A stretch of DNA of 63,004 nucleotides, the filler included, from Sphacelaria rigidula (lineage: Eukaryota): NCBI GenBank assembly GCA_964200075.2. It is 10 parts of 10 records of this genome, joined end to end, with 100 filler letters (N's around TTAATTAATTAA, not from the genome) between each part and the next. Parts side by side here need not be neighbours in the genome. Positions count along the whole stretch, not along the records: positions 12,623 to 18,833 come from CAXNAA020021490.1; positions 18,934 to 25,144 come from CAXNAA020021491.1; positions 25,245 to 31,455 come from CAXNAA020021492.1; 7 more parts are not named here. One strand, written 5' to 3'. Position numbers and translations under genes: made by a program. Position 1 is the stretch's first letter. The number at the start of each line of letters is the position of its first letter. Positions 12,732-25,346 of this stretch are shown here, piece by piece. The notes below the pieces were generated by a model. It was not told the origin of the DNA. It saw only the letters and a program-made list of their open reading frames with translations, and made no database searches.

Positions 12732-13149
12732 GGCGGTGACAAGCGGAAGAGCCTGAGAAAATCGCCGGTGACGAAGAAATTAGAAAAATAACGGTTCAGG
12801 TTCCCACTACTATCTACTACTCCGGAGTATAGTTTTATTTTCTATTTTTGACACCCTGTGTTTGGTAGGGATAGGTGCAAGATTTGAACAGCAGCTGTTC
12901 ACGTAATCACGAACACCATTTCCCATCACGCGCAAAACTCTTTGTCACCAGCCTTCAGTCACTGCGCTGTAAAGTTCGACAGGTGTTGCACTGGTGCGGA
13001 GTGCGAAGTGCGGAGGTGTGAGACTGAACCTTGCCGTTACCGGCAATGGGTGTGTTCGAGAGTATCCATCACCCACCACACACGAAACATACGACAACAA
13101 CGCCGAATTCACCTTCGTTTCAATGATTTGGAGGCGTTTTCCCTTGCTT

Positions 13150-13271
13150 ATCCGGTTAAACGGTTAAACTGGCGAAAAAAAAACCGGTTTAACCGTTTTT
13201 TTGTTCTTCAAAAGAACGCCTCCTTCTCCGGTAATCGGTTTTTCGATTTTCCTATCTGGTGAACACCTCTA
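13150..13271 (-). mobile_element. Single end of a hAT-like non-autonomous DNA transposon
   Basis: Minus strand starts TAGAGGTGTTCACCAG, followed by clustered AACCG/CGGTT subterminal motifs. The partner end is not seen. Confidence 0.4.
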
Positions 13272-13310
13272 GATCCTCAGAGACTCGCACCTAGACACTA
13301 GGATTAAGAT

Positions 13311-13467
13311 AGTGTCCTGATGAACGCGATTGTACCAAAGCTGGAATATGCAGGAGAAGTATGTGACGGGAACGCGAAGTTGGTGAAGGAAGTTGGAGAC
13401 AGTACAGATGACACCAGCTGAGAAAATGCTTGGATGCTCGAAAACGACGAGTGATACAGCATTGAGC
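13311..13467 (+). mobile_element. LINE ORF2 fragment (region C-terminal to the RT core)
   Basis: Translates to VLMNAIVPKLEYAGEVCDGNAKLVK/KLETVQMTPAEKMLGCSKTTSDTAL, matching the non-LTR RT PKLEYxxEVW...LETVQ motif. Frameshifted. Confidence 0.7.
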
Positions 13468-13680
13468 TGATTACCAAGTCATTAATATATACCTCGAACA
13501 AAGTGGGTGATGACGTGCATACTTTTGCAACTCCCCGTAAGATATCGAAATATTTCGATATTTCCCCGTCTGGCAGCATGGTAATTTTGGCTCACTCTGT
13601 CATCTTCTGTATCATTCTCCACATATTTCCTCTAGTCCAGTTTCCCACAACGTTTTCCGCAACCCATTTCTTCATACTGT
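13468..13680 (-). mobile_element. LINE reverse transcriptase core fragment
   Basis: RGNMWRMIQKMTE*AKITMLPDGEISKYFDILRGVAKVCTSSPTLFEVYINDL is a decayed GVxQGCxLSPxLFxxYINDL motif. Confidence 0.8.
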
Positions 13681-13749
13681 GCCAGGTCGTGTCTTATCAC
13701 ATTGCCTTGGTGTCGAAACGCGCGGCCGAATCGAATTCGCTCGTTTTGA

Positions 13750-14960
13750 GTCTAGTTTTTGCTTTTTTTGATCAAACTTGCATTTTCAATGACAAACGGT
13801 CAAGTTATCAGAAAAATGGCAATTTTCACCCTGTTTTTTGATAAGTTGACCGTTTGTTGTTGAAAATGCAAGTTTGGTCAAAAGCAAAACTGCGACTTGC
13901 GGGAAACGCAAAGGAGCTCTGCAACGGTCTCAACGAGCACAGCAAGTCATTTCAAGGTGTCAGCATCCGCCTGGCCCTATTTTCGGACGAAAAACGATGG
14001 AGAAGGGTAGAAAATGTACTTTGAAACAAGATTTATTTTTTCATATAAAAGAAGTAGCCTTAGGCCCTGAAATTTTGCACAGGTGTTCTACGGAGTATTA
14101 CGCAATTTTCGAAGGTCGAGGTTTTTCGATTTTTCGACTTTCCCCACTGTTTTTCGGGGGTCCCAGATTTCCCCGGGAAACACCGATTCAATCGGACCCC
14201 CGTAAAACGGTAAAAAAAAAACTAAAGAAACCTCGTTCATCCAAAGTTGCGTGATGACCCGTAGAACAGCTGTGCAAAGTTTCAGGGTCTAACTCCTCAA
14301 AACGGCGTGAGTGTTTTTGCTTTCGTGCGATGGACTTTGACGTGCCGCGGTGAAGCCGCAAACTACTTGATTTTAGAACAAAAACGGCGTTTTTGGACCT
14401 TCTTTGACGTGAACATGCCAATTCAAGCATCAGATGATCGAGCTTTGTGAAAAAAGTTTGTGGAATCCTTCCTCGAGTTATGCGGGGACAGCTCGCTTAC
14501 GAAAAAATGAAAAAGAAAACGTCGTGCCGGTTTTCCCGGGTCCCAGAATGGAGACTACTTCGGAAAACGACTTGGACCCCTGTCGGACCCCCGAAAAACG
14601 GTGAAATACTCGAGAAGTGTTAGACATGATCCATAGAAATTTGCGTCATGATACATAGCATATGTGTGCAAAGTTTCAAGATCTAGCTTCCAATAACGGC
14701 GTGAAGGTTTGCGCGTTTGTGGAGGACGTGGGCTTGAAACGTCGTTATCGGTTAATTTACGTCAAGGAAAGAAAAACTGTTATGAGGTTTCCGAGTTTCT
14801 CCACCAAAATTTGTACATGTGTTCCTTGGACTCTCCCGGGAAGCATCATTTCATTATTTTTTCTTTTCGGGCATTCTGTACCTCCTTCCGGGGGACATAC
14901 TGGGACGCTCGGAAGCCGGTAGAGAACGGAGTAACCATGAAATACTATCAAGAACACGAT
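13750..14960. repeat. Complex foldback-like repeat made of nested long palindromes
   Basis: One hairpin spans 13768-13885 (ttgatcaaacttgcattttcaa..ttgaaaatgcaagtttggtcaa) and another 14060-14295 (ccctgaaattttgcacag..ctgtgcaaagtttcaggg). The arm recurs at 14583-14705. Confidence 0.65.
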
Positions 14961-17519
14961 TTTCCCATTTGAAGGCATCAATACTTACGGGACTGCCAAG
15001 TTTATGGGGGATCTGAGCTTTTCTACAACAGATATAGGGGACACCGTCACGAGGCTCCCTGGGTCTTTCGTGCGTATCAATAGTGGAAATTAGACGACGC
15101 CAACACCCGACATCACCGAAATATCACGGTTTCGGGTATAATTCGACCCTCGTAGTGACCGTTTTCAAAAATGTTTTTTTCGCTAGATTCCCGATCCGAT
15201 GACGGTTACTACGATTTGAAGCATGTGGAGATTGGGTGGAAATTGGGCTTGGAATTCGTAATTCGATCTCGGAATAGTTTAACGGGCGCTGAGTGGTCGA
15301 TACACCTTTTCGCCCTTAGCGCCACCATGGCCTTACACTCAAATCCGGCTATGTCACGCTCTTTAGCTGTCCATGGCGGTCAGTATGACATCATGCATGC
15401 GACTATTGGGTAGGTATTGCGGAAGGCATTTGCTGATGACACAATTTTGGGTCATGAGCGTGAACCAGCCTGTAGCGAAATCGCATCGTGAAGTTGTACC
15501 TTGCACTCTTCGAACAGATTTTCACTCAGGGATACCCTCTGGACGTAGATTTGTTCACGGCGGTATAATTCCCGCGCTTGGAGGCGCAGCTCTTCGTGTT
15601 GACTTGTGAGGGGAAGTTCATTCCGGTTCGAGAGGTTTGACACAACTTGCAACTTTCTTGGAAAAATTGCATGATGATGTCACTTTCATACTTTATGTGC
15701 AATCTGCGCTGAAATCTGCAGCTTTAAATACTTGTAGCTGCAACAAGCTGGCTTTAAGTATCTTTCACGTGAAGTGTGTCCCACCCATCTTTCCTGTTCT
15801 TCTCGCGAATTTTTAGAACTGTGTTGCGTTGCAAATCCAGGTCACTGCTCCAGCTACCACGTACGACGCGGACGCAGAGCGAATGAGGGTTTCGAGTCGC
15901 TCCCGCATACAACTGTTACACTGTACTGTATTGCATCACATGTTTAGGAGTAATGCCTACAAGAAATACACGCTTCAGCAGCAGACATAAGACGGATGAG
16001 CTGGGATGTGGATGGGTTTTTGGTTGTTTTTGGATAATACAAGGAGGAAAAAACCGGCAGAACTAAATTAAAAGTCATTGTTGCTCCGGATCACATATTC
16101 ATCTTTCCAAAGTGAGTGCGCAACAGATTCATAATTTCAAGTCGAAGCCATGCAGTACCCACGTTCATGGCGGAAAGTATAGCAGTACAGGCGGTATACT
16201 AGCATCCATCATCACCGCGTGATCACCCGTGCACATCTTTATCATAGTGATGACAACGGGTTTTTTTTTGTAGTCTCCTGATTTCTGGGAATCTCACCAC
16301 ACCACACAACTGAGAGGCCCTCTTCAAGTCAACGATCTCGTCGGCGTAACACGCCGGCCCCTGCATTGATCGGGAAAGTCCCTTTTGACAAGCTAATCCG
16401 CTGCAAGAGAGTACTGCACTGTACCGTCTGTACTGCAAAACTGGTCACTTTGGCTAGTGTTAGTAGAACACTTGCGATTACTGACTGTGCAGGGAACAAC
16501 AGCATTTCCGAGACGCCTCACGCGTAGTTTCTCGTCACGAAAAATCACTCCTCCTACGGACCAACTCTGAATGAATTTAGATACGCAGGATGTGCTTTTA
16601 CCTGAGATGCGTACCACACTCGCAACGTCTTTGTCGCCCTACGACATGAGGCATATGTGTACCACAGCCTGCATCTCATCATCTCGCAATCGTGCCGCAG
16701 TGTAGAGTACAACTTGGTACCCTCGTCGTGTGTTACCCGACAATCTGTTGCAGTGAGAAACAGCACAAGTCTGCGCCAGTTCCACCGATACAGGACATGA
16801 ACGGAAGTATTATATGCCCTCATATGGGGTGAAATAACAATCCACCCACACCTTTCATCGTGATTGATCCTGCGCCCGTTTTTCAATAATTCGAGAGTCC
16901 ACTTTCCATTCTCGTAATACGTTTTTTGTATCCATAGGATCTCATCCTGCGCGTTTCCTGCAGCTCTCCAACGCATCGGGGTACATATATATATCACGTT
17001 CGGCGTTTCAGGCACAACAACAGTAGACGACATGGTGTGGTACGTCCGCCAGATTTTGGGGGCGGTCTAATCACTGGTCCTTGGTCTGTATCGCTGTATC
17101 GAAGTTTCGTTGTATGCGCGCAAGATAAATCTGAAAGAGAAAAACAGACGAATTAATCGGGGATGAGAGTACATGAGTAATGTGCAGTGCAGTATAATGC
17201 ATCTGGCACATGCCACCGCACACAACAGTCCGTTGGAGGGGGTTCCGTTGGCTATTCCTCGTGCACCGGCACATAGCCAATGCGCCTTTGCCGCGTTGTG
17301 TGAGTTGTTTTGTTGTATGAGAGGGGGCTGACTCAGCATACTTGCATGTGCGTTGGGCCTGGTCAACCACCCCAACGGGAGTGAACCCCGCAGACATCGG
17401 AGTGCAACAGTTTCGGATAAATGCGGACGTCCCCATACGACCAGCGAAAAACAGTGCTGACATACTTGGCTTCCTCAATACCGCGACCCATAGACACACA
17501 GATCCCCTGTGTTGTCCTT

Positions 17520-17650
17520 GGTGATTGTTGTCGTTGTGGTTGTCGTTGTCGCTGTTGTGGTTGTCGTTCTTACTCTTGTTACTGTGCCGTTGTGCTGTGG
17601 TGTGGTGTGCTGTGGTGTGCTGTGGTGTGGTGAACTGTACTGTTCTGTAC
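17520..17650. repeat. Low-complexity (GTT/GTC)n and (TGTGG/TGTGC)n microsatellite
   Basis: Directly visible; it explains the poly-V/T/H stretches in the overlapping ORFs. Confidence 0.85.
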
Positions 17651-20600
17651 TGCGCACCTTGATAGTCGATGCTGTACCCGCAGAGGCACGCAGGCACGAA
17701 TTCCAAGAGAGACGTGGGAACACTTGCACACTTCGATCTTTTCCCCAAGATGAAGACGGGGGGTTTGGGGGGTATCCCGCACACCCACGCGATCAAACAA
17801 CTCACCACCTCCTGCACGAAGTCACACACAGCTCACGAAAACAAACTCACCGACTATTTGGTGATTTCTTTGCGCTCCGGAGGTTGCTGGTTTTCCCCTG
17901 CGTACCGCTGGCTCCGTGGTGATGAATGCAATGCTCTTGATTAACGGTGAGTGAATGCGTGGTCGGTGATTTGCACCCGGATACTCAACAGAAAAGGTAA
18001 CCCAACAGGCAGGGTACAATACACTTTAACCGGGGTACCCCTGTATTGTCAGGTTCATCTCCTCCTTTTATGGAATAGCTCATTTCCGCACCAGTGGAGT
18101 TTTACGCGATCTGGGCCAGCAAAGTTCATGGTTGAACCGTTTCAACGATCAATATCAAGTACTACTGTACCTAGCACGTGTCAACTGTGAAAGAAAAGTG
18201 GCGCAACTTTTACCTGCTCGCGAATTTTGAGTCGGTCGTTGTTTGAGTGCGGGGTAGTTGGCGTTCTCGTCCTACTCCTGGCGACCCCGTATATATAACG
18301 TGCAAGCCAAGGGCGCTAACTTTTCTGCTACTCATCTAGGCCCTTGAGCAGCAGACAGGCGAACTGACTCCGAAGTGAGGAAAAACTCGTTTTATGATCC
18401 CAACACCATTACCTATTGATGGCCATGTCAACGGACTTGGATACGTGACAGACGCTCGAGAAAAACAAACCGTAATAATGTAGACTAACTCATAGAATAA
18501 TCGTCCGCTGAAGAGAGGAGGGTGGTTACTGCGTAGTTGCTGAAGGTATAGTATCAACGGCGTTCTCCGCAATAAGGGGGTATCATTTGTATAGCGGCGG
18601 GACAGCAGAAGGGAGGGAGGTGCAGATTCTAATACCACTGCTGTTTTCGCTATTATTTGCACATGCTCGAGGAGTGACATGTATGTATGGTGTCTGCGAG
18701 CTTTCTTTGTGCGTTCGACACCTGCAACTGGCGGTGCGTCAGAGGATGGGGGCGCTCGGTGCCATTTTTTGGTGTCTGTTACGAGCTGGGCCAGCCCAGA
18801 AACGGATTTAACCTGGCAGAGCAATATCTCATCNNNNNNNNNNNNNNNNNNNNNNNNNNNNNNNNNNNNNNNNNNNNTTAATTAATTAANNNNNNNNNNN
18901 NNNNNNNNNNNNNNNNNNNNNNNNNNNNNNNNNCTGAACAGTAGTTGGTCTGTCGTAAGGACAGTGCCACGACCACGAATTATTCCAACAGAGTTGTCTT
19001 GTTTTCAGGGTAGTACCCTGTACTTTATATAAAGGGGTCATCTTTTGAGCAGTTGTTCGAAAAGTTCTCCTTGTTTTTTAAAAAGTTCTCGTTCTTTTTT
19101 TCAAGTTCTCCTTGTTTTTTTCAAGTATTCCGAAAAAACGAGAGTGTTTTCTGTCACAGAAATCTAATGCCGAATCTGGAATAGCCTGAGACAACAACCA
19201 ATTTGATAATTGGAATTGGTATAAACGTAGCCGGCAACAGCAACCTTCAAATAAACTGGATAAACTGGAGTCCTCATCACCAGTTCCAGTAAAACTCCAG
19301 TTCAAGTTTAATCGTTAGTGCAAACTGGTTTAGTTCACAGCCTACAAAAAAACGGTCAGTCGAATTTTTACCCGAAGCAGAAACCAAATTCACTTGGTGA
19401 AATTTGAACACTGTTGGTCTGAACAATATTAGGGCGGACAAAGAATATGCAATACAAAACTGCCAGGTTTTTGTCGACGTGACCGTTTGACGATGGAAAC
19501 GCAAGTTTGGCGAATGGAAAATAGTGCCAACCGGATAACGATAACGTATTTGCGAAGCGTGTCAGCAATCGTAGCAAGAAAATCCAAGGTGCCAACACCT
19601 GTCTCGCCCTCTTTCGCAGCGTGAAATGACCCTGAAGGGCCAACAAGGCAGTTTTCTATGTGTGCTTCACCTCTTGGAACATAACGAGTGGCATCAGGTG
19701 GCCGAACCAAAACTCACAACAAGTCTACGGGGGTAACACCTGCCACAGTGGTCATACCAACCTCCTCATGCTCGCGATGCTACCGACGGAATTACAGAAA
19801 CGGAAGCGTGCAGCGAAAAACACGACACCAACGACGGAAGTGCCTTGTTCGGAAAAAAAAAAACACTAAGCACGACCCGCAACTTCACGGTGCACCCCAC
19901 TCATCACAACGTGGCCGACATGGGCAGTTCAAGGCTGACCTGTTGCTGTAGGCACGAGGGGTGAGACTAGTTTTATTGGCAGTCACAAATACAACAATTT
20001 CGAAACATGACAACGGGACAACCCCCTGCACGTTTATTTACTTAGTTTAGGTTGCAAATCACCTACGAAAATAGGCGCGGTCATGGTAATTCGATGGTAA
20101 ACCAAAGATGTAAGGAATCAAAGAGAGGCATATATGCATAGTCAACACAGCCGGCGTCCAGTTTTAATTCAGTCACCATGTACTGTACCCCGCACCAGCG
20201 TCACTAGCCGGCGACATTATCATTATTTCCACCTATTGTAGCAAGCTCCTCCCGTTCCCGCCCCCTCTCAAGCACACGATCGAAATTCACATCGCATCAA
20301 ACACTCTACAATCGTTTCGAGAGCGACCGTATCCGCCCCGCGTCCTTTAACAAGCAACTCTCGAGCAGTGCAGGCATAGTGTGACTAAGCCAGCAGGCGG
20401 TATGACCATTCTTGTGGGAGCGTAGGTGCGTCGGCAAAATACCAGAATTCATTGTTTCGTCCCGGGCTTGTCGTAAGAGACTGAGGGGTTAACCGATGGC
20501 CGGTGGCTAAGAAAGACTTTCAACACCAGTCCATCCATTGCTCAGAGGTACTTCGTCTTTTTCCGCGTAGATTTGTTGTTCATCCGTAACTCTGATCATC

Positions 20601-21161
20601 CACAAAAACGAGAAAATCGGACAGATGATCCACAGAGTCATCCGTGATCCTGTTCAAGAATTCTTCCACTCCCCGAACGACCTTTGCAAGAACGACCTTT
20701 GCAAGAAAAACAAACGCAACAACATTTCACCAAGCCACAACTTTAACCGACCAGAGACACCATTTTCACCGGATCCTTTTTGCCCCCCCAGCTTACCCCA
20801 GCCTCAAAACTACCATCCTTTCGAGGGGCTGCTGCGTGCGTTTTCAGCCTCATGTTCCTTGTTGCTTCAAGACACCAGCACAAGAACTGATGACCTGATG
20901 AACTGATTCATTCATTCGCCCATTGGCCATCGCCGACCACCCCAACGACTACGAGCCAAAACCCTCCAAGAGCCCTCTCGACACAACACATGCACACGTG
21001 CGCATGGACAATGACCGGTACTTCGAAAAGAAGCACCAAAGCCATGTTAAGATCACCTCTCCCCCTCCCCCCCCTCGCTGCCTTCCCTCTCTCCACTCTA
21101 CCACCTGCCCTTCAATCCTGCGACCTCCGAACCCAAACCCATCCTATCCTCAATCCCCCCA

Positions 21162-21266
21162 CTATGTGGCAAGGCTCCCATCAAGCTTCCAGCTGACCTC
21201 CCAGCCGTACCTGTACAAAGCGTCCAGTGCTTCCGACACGGTGCCGGCTGCCACGTGTATTTGGTA
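21162..21266 (-). CDS. PAN2: PAN2 poly(A) nuclease catalytic subunit, last coding exon
   Basis: Acceptor tgtcag|TAC. YQIHVAAGTVSEALDALYRYGWEVSWKLDGSLAT* resembles the PAN2 C-terminal helix (Y..L...G.F...L..IY..G....WK). Phase 0 fits the previous exon. Confidence 0.8.
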   Translation of the reverse strand, partial: YQIHVAAGTVSEALDALYRYGWEVSWKLDGSLAT

Positions 21267-21789
21267 CTGACACGCACGCACCAACGGTTTGTTAGTCATG
21301 TGCACCATCGAAACAGTCAGGAGCGGGGAAGGAGCGGAAAATAGCAGGTGATCACCAACGTGAACGGTACCTTTAGCGGCGCCCTCGCGCATGTGTCATT
21401 TCAGTCACCATATAAATATCGTATTCAAACAAACACATAGATCGAGAAAAGTGTTCGTGGCTTGTTGGCTGTCATCATGTGATCGACTACGCCTGCACTA
21501 CCGTCATCGGATACGCACCAAGTATGTTTGTCAGCACTATCCTTCCCTTGCTTGGACAGGACCAAGGCGATCATCCGTTCCTCGCGAAACGTCACAGTGC
21601 TCGAAAACAATTCGTCTCGGCTGTGGTTTGCTAAAAACAAAGTCGCTTTGAGTCCCTTTTGTGTGCCAGCAAACCGCGTGAGCGAACAATCGTGAGATTT
21701 TCTTGGAGCACTTGCGTGTGATTGATTTATTACGCCTGCAGTGAAAGCGATGCCAAGTACAAACAGTGCCGAAGCAACACGTGAAATAC

Positions 21790-21939
21790 CTTGTTGTATA
21801 GGGCCAAGGCGATTCGTGCGTCTTCGATGGAATCATGCGTCTCTCCCTGAATATTCATGCCCAACAAGTAATGTGCCAGGAATCTCAGAGATATCTTGCG
21901 CTGACCCGGAAGAGACCAAACGTTGACCGTATCGATCAC
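21790..21939 (-). CDS. PAN2: PAN2 DEDDh exonuclease domain, penultimate exon
   Basis: ctgcag|VIDTVNVWSLPGQRKISLRFLAHYLLGMNIQGETHDSIEDARIALALYNK|gtattt, 150 bp. HDSIEDAR is the PAN2 ExoIII motif. Confidence 0.93.
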
Positions 21940-22729
21940 CTGCAGGGGGCATGTGGACAAACGGAAAAAGACAAGAGAGAAAAAAAGATGAACGGATGAT
22001 GAATGTCTTATTTTTTCTCACGCAGTACTCGTAATATAACATGGATTGTACCTGCATGCATGCATACATACATGATGCGCGTAACACATGATGTACTTGA
22101 TGGTCCCGGATCCAAGTGACGGCACAAAGATCACAAACAAGACAGATACTATATACAGTACTCCGTTTAAACTGAGCCGCTATGATAAAAATCTACTTGA
22201 CGTGTCTTCGCGTAGCAGCACGGGCGAGTAGTGAGTAGTGCATTTTCATCTAGCCCTTCGTCATACTCCCAGCCCCCCCCCTCCCTGTGAGTCCGTGGTC
22301 TCGAGGGATCAACGCATCTTCGGCGTCCTCCACCGCCTGGGAAATGTAGGAAGTAAACGAAGGTGGCATGAAATCGTTTGGTACATGAGACAGTAGCGAC
22401 GAAACGATCGCCATTCTACGAGATAGATAGTTGCCACAGACTGCGAAACAGGAAGGGGCTACGACATGTAAGAACTTTGTTCGTGCAGTGTATGCAAGAA
22501 ATGTAGTGAACGCTCACATCTTGCAGATGTCTCGATTTGGAGCAGAAGCGGTGCTCCGTCTCGAAAAGGATATGTTTTGTTCAAATGACTGACAGCACTC
22601 CCGCACCGTGTTGACTCCCACGAAACAAACGCTTGTTTCGTCACTCGTGTCTTCAGGTTTTCAACAGCGGAAACCAGGAAAAAATCTCCTCAGGAAAAGA
22701 AGAGCGAAAGAAGAAAAGAAAAAAAGCCC

Positions 22730-22817
22730 AATAGCCGCCAGGATCCGAACCCGCGGTCATTCGCACCCAACTGATTGTCAGTTGTACCAGGTGAACCACC
22801 GCAGGGTGGCGGGCACA
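22730..22817 (-). mobile_element. tRNA-like SINE head inside a PAN2 intron
   Basis: Minus strand has A-box-like TGGTTCACCTGG and B-box-like GGTTCGGATCC followed by a T run. It does not fold into a canonical cloverleaf. Confidence 0.5.
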
Positions 22818-22838
22818 ATCGAGCGATCCCCCCCCGCA

Positions 22839-22870
<32 letters not shown>

Positions 22871-22894
22871 CAAGACACGACACGACGATCAAAC

Positions 22895-23049
22895 CTGATG
22901 GGCAGGTAGCGTAAGGTTGAAAATCCGGAAATCCTTATTGAGACCATGACCCAAGAAGGTACACCCGGCGTCGGCCAGAAACCGCAGCCGAAGGTACACA
23001 GTGCGCAGGTGGTGAAGGTTGTGCATCGACGTACCAGGGTCCAAATCCC
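22895..23049 (-). CDS. PAN2: PAN2 DEDDh exonuclease domain exon (upstream exons not identified on this contig)
   Basis: tacag|(G)DLDPGTSMHNLHHLRTVYLRLRFLADAGCTFLGHGLNKDFRIFNLTLPAHQ|gtttga. The GDLDP...FxGHGLxxDFR motif is diagnostic of PAN2. Confidence 0.93.
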
Positions 23050-25300
23050 CTGTACAGGACACCAGCAGGGGGAACAAGGGGAGAACGGTTCGAGAGGGCC
23101 GTTGGTGCGGGGAATAATGAGTTGATTTCATTGACTTCGTGTATTGATCTTCGAGTATTTCAAGGTTGTTCATGGTGGGGTACGGTACAGAGGAAGGTAT
23201 TTCAAGGTGTCGATACCCTGGTTACCCTATAGTACTGAGTACTTCGGAAATACCCTAGAAATCCTGGATAGCGCTGGATAGCTAAGGGTTTATACCCTAC
23301 CCCGACCAGCTATGGAATACTCAATAAATCCACGATGAATCCAGCCCCTAGCACAGGGTAATCGCACAATACCCAAGGTAACATAAGGGTATGAACGTCA
23401 ACAGAAACACTCGCCGAAATTATCTCAAGCGGAAATGACATGAAAAAGAGATAAGGGAACGACAACACCCAAATTTCATTGACGGAACATGGACGCCACA
23501 CCAAGAAGTGGTACCGCCCCCAGAGATACGCCCTCGAACTCAAAACATCACGTCGTGAAATTTTTTGACGTGAACATATTCGACCCACGAGTTACGGAAT
23601 TATGCTCGGGGGGGGCGCGGGGGGGTGGCGGTCTACGACTGTTCGCGGTAGTTTTTGTTGCTAACTTCCACTTTACGCTCTGTTTTTTCGTCATATTCGA
23701 CTACACTCGTTATGGTTTTCTCTTCATTCTTCCCCCCCCCTCCCTCCCCATTTTGTTTTCCCCCAGCTCACTCTTTTCTCTTCTTGCCATTCTCCTTGTT
23801 TCATCTTTCCCCTCTCTCGACTTCCCTTCAGCAGATATTTCCGTCCATTCAGCTTGAATGCGTGAACGTTCTGGCCCCGACTGGATTCGAAGAGACTCCG
23901 TCAAGTGTACGACAATCCATCACCAATCAATCTATCAGTCGCATTCGAAAAGCCTCCACGCCGATGTTCTACGGAATATCGGCTAATCAGCAGAGGGTCA
24001 AGAGGAACACTCGCTTACTCGTACACCGCCGCAAAAGCTACAAAAACGGGGCGGGCGGGCGGGGGGGGAGAGGGGGGGGGTACTTATGATCGTGCATGCC
24101 ATAGTCGCAGCACCATTGACCTCGCATTCCTACAAAGCCGGGACGGAGCACGCCGTGTTTTCGCCGGACCAGGCTCGAGGGGGAAGGGGGGACGGGGGAC
24201 GGGGGACGGGGGACGGGGGACGGGGCGGCGGCTTAGCTTTCGTCCGTGCAATCCAGTATCTCTCAGATCGATGCATTGATTGATTATCTCCACATGGACT
24301 CATCTCCTTCCACGAATGCAGCCTTGGTCAAAATATTGACACACCTAGCCAAGATCGCTGAGTTGCAACCTGGCTTCACAGCATTGCTTTTTCGTTATGG
24401 CTTCCTTACCCACTCAAGCCCTAGCATGGATGTAAATATATTTCCATATCCATTCTTCAGCACGAAAGACGAACAGAAACACCTCCGGATTTAGTCGGTG
24501 GCTGGTTGAGCCTACCTCTTTCAGATGCTCCGAAGGTGCTAGAGGGATGCACGGGGGGCAAGGGGGAGGAGAAGACACGTCGGTAGATTCTGTATCCCCT
24601 TCGGTGTCTTCATTTTTTGTTCCAGCTAATTATCTCGTCGACGGCTGTGAAGTAAACGAGGGGATGGCTGCTTTGTTCACCGTAGTAGTTGCTCTGAAGT
24701 AAAAAACAAAACCCAGATACCTTGACCCACATCTTCTGAACCCACAAATGTACACCCACATCACACACACCGAAACGCCCAGAAAATCGAAACCAGCATC
24801 AAAACTCTTCAACAAAACACACACATACACATAAACACAAAAAAAGGGGTCATAGCAGCTTTCCTTTCGAGCCATAGCCCTAAAATCGGCACAAACAGAG
24901 AGCGGGAGGATGGGGGGAGGAAGATTCTATACATGATACTGGGTCACTTTCCACCACATCGCAGGTTCTACCACTTCATCATCCACGAAGTTATAAAATA
25001 AGCATGCTTGGGGATTGGCTAGGACGTTAGAGACCCATTGTTGGCCTGGAAATTACCTAGGAAACCGTACTTTGGAAAAACGGGGGGGGGGGGGGGGGGC
25101 GTACTCATTTGTTGCTTGCCTTAGTCATTTGACCATTGACCATGNNNNNNNNNNNNNNNNNNNNNNNNNNNNNNNNNNNNNNNNNNNNTTAATTAATTAA
25201 NNNNNNNNNNNNNNNNNNNNNNNNNNNNNNNNNNNNNNNNNNNNTGTTTTTTTTGGCTGTGTCCGTCTCGCTAAAGTGTTTTGGGGGTGTGGTTTAAGAA

Positions 25301-25346
<46 letters not shown>

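Noticed and set aside
17071..17922. Long overlapping ORFs (252 aa and 137 aa)
   Set aside because: Held open by stop-poor microsatellites; no recognisable domain.
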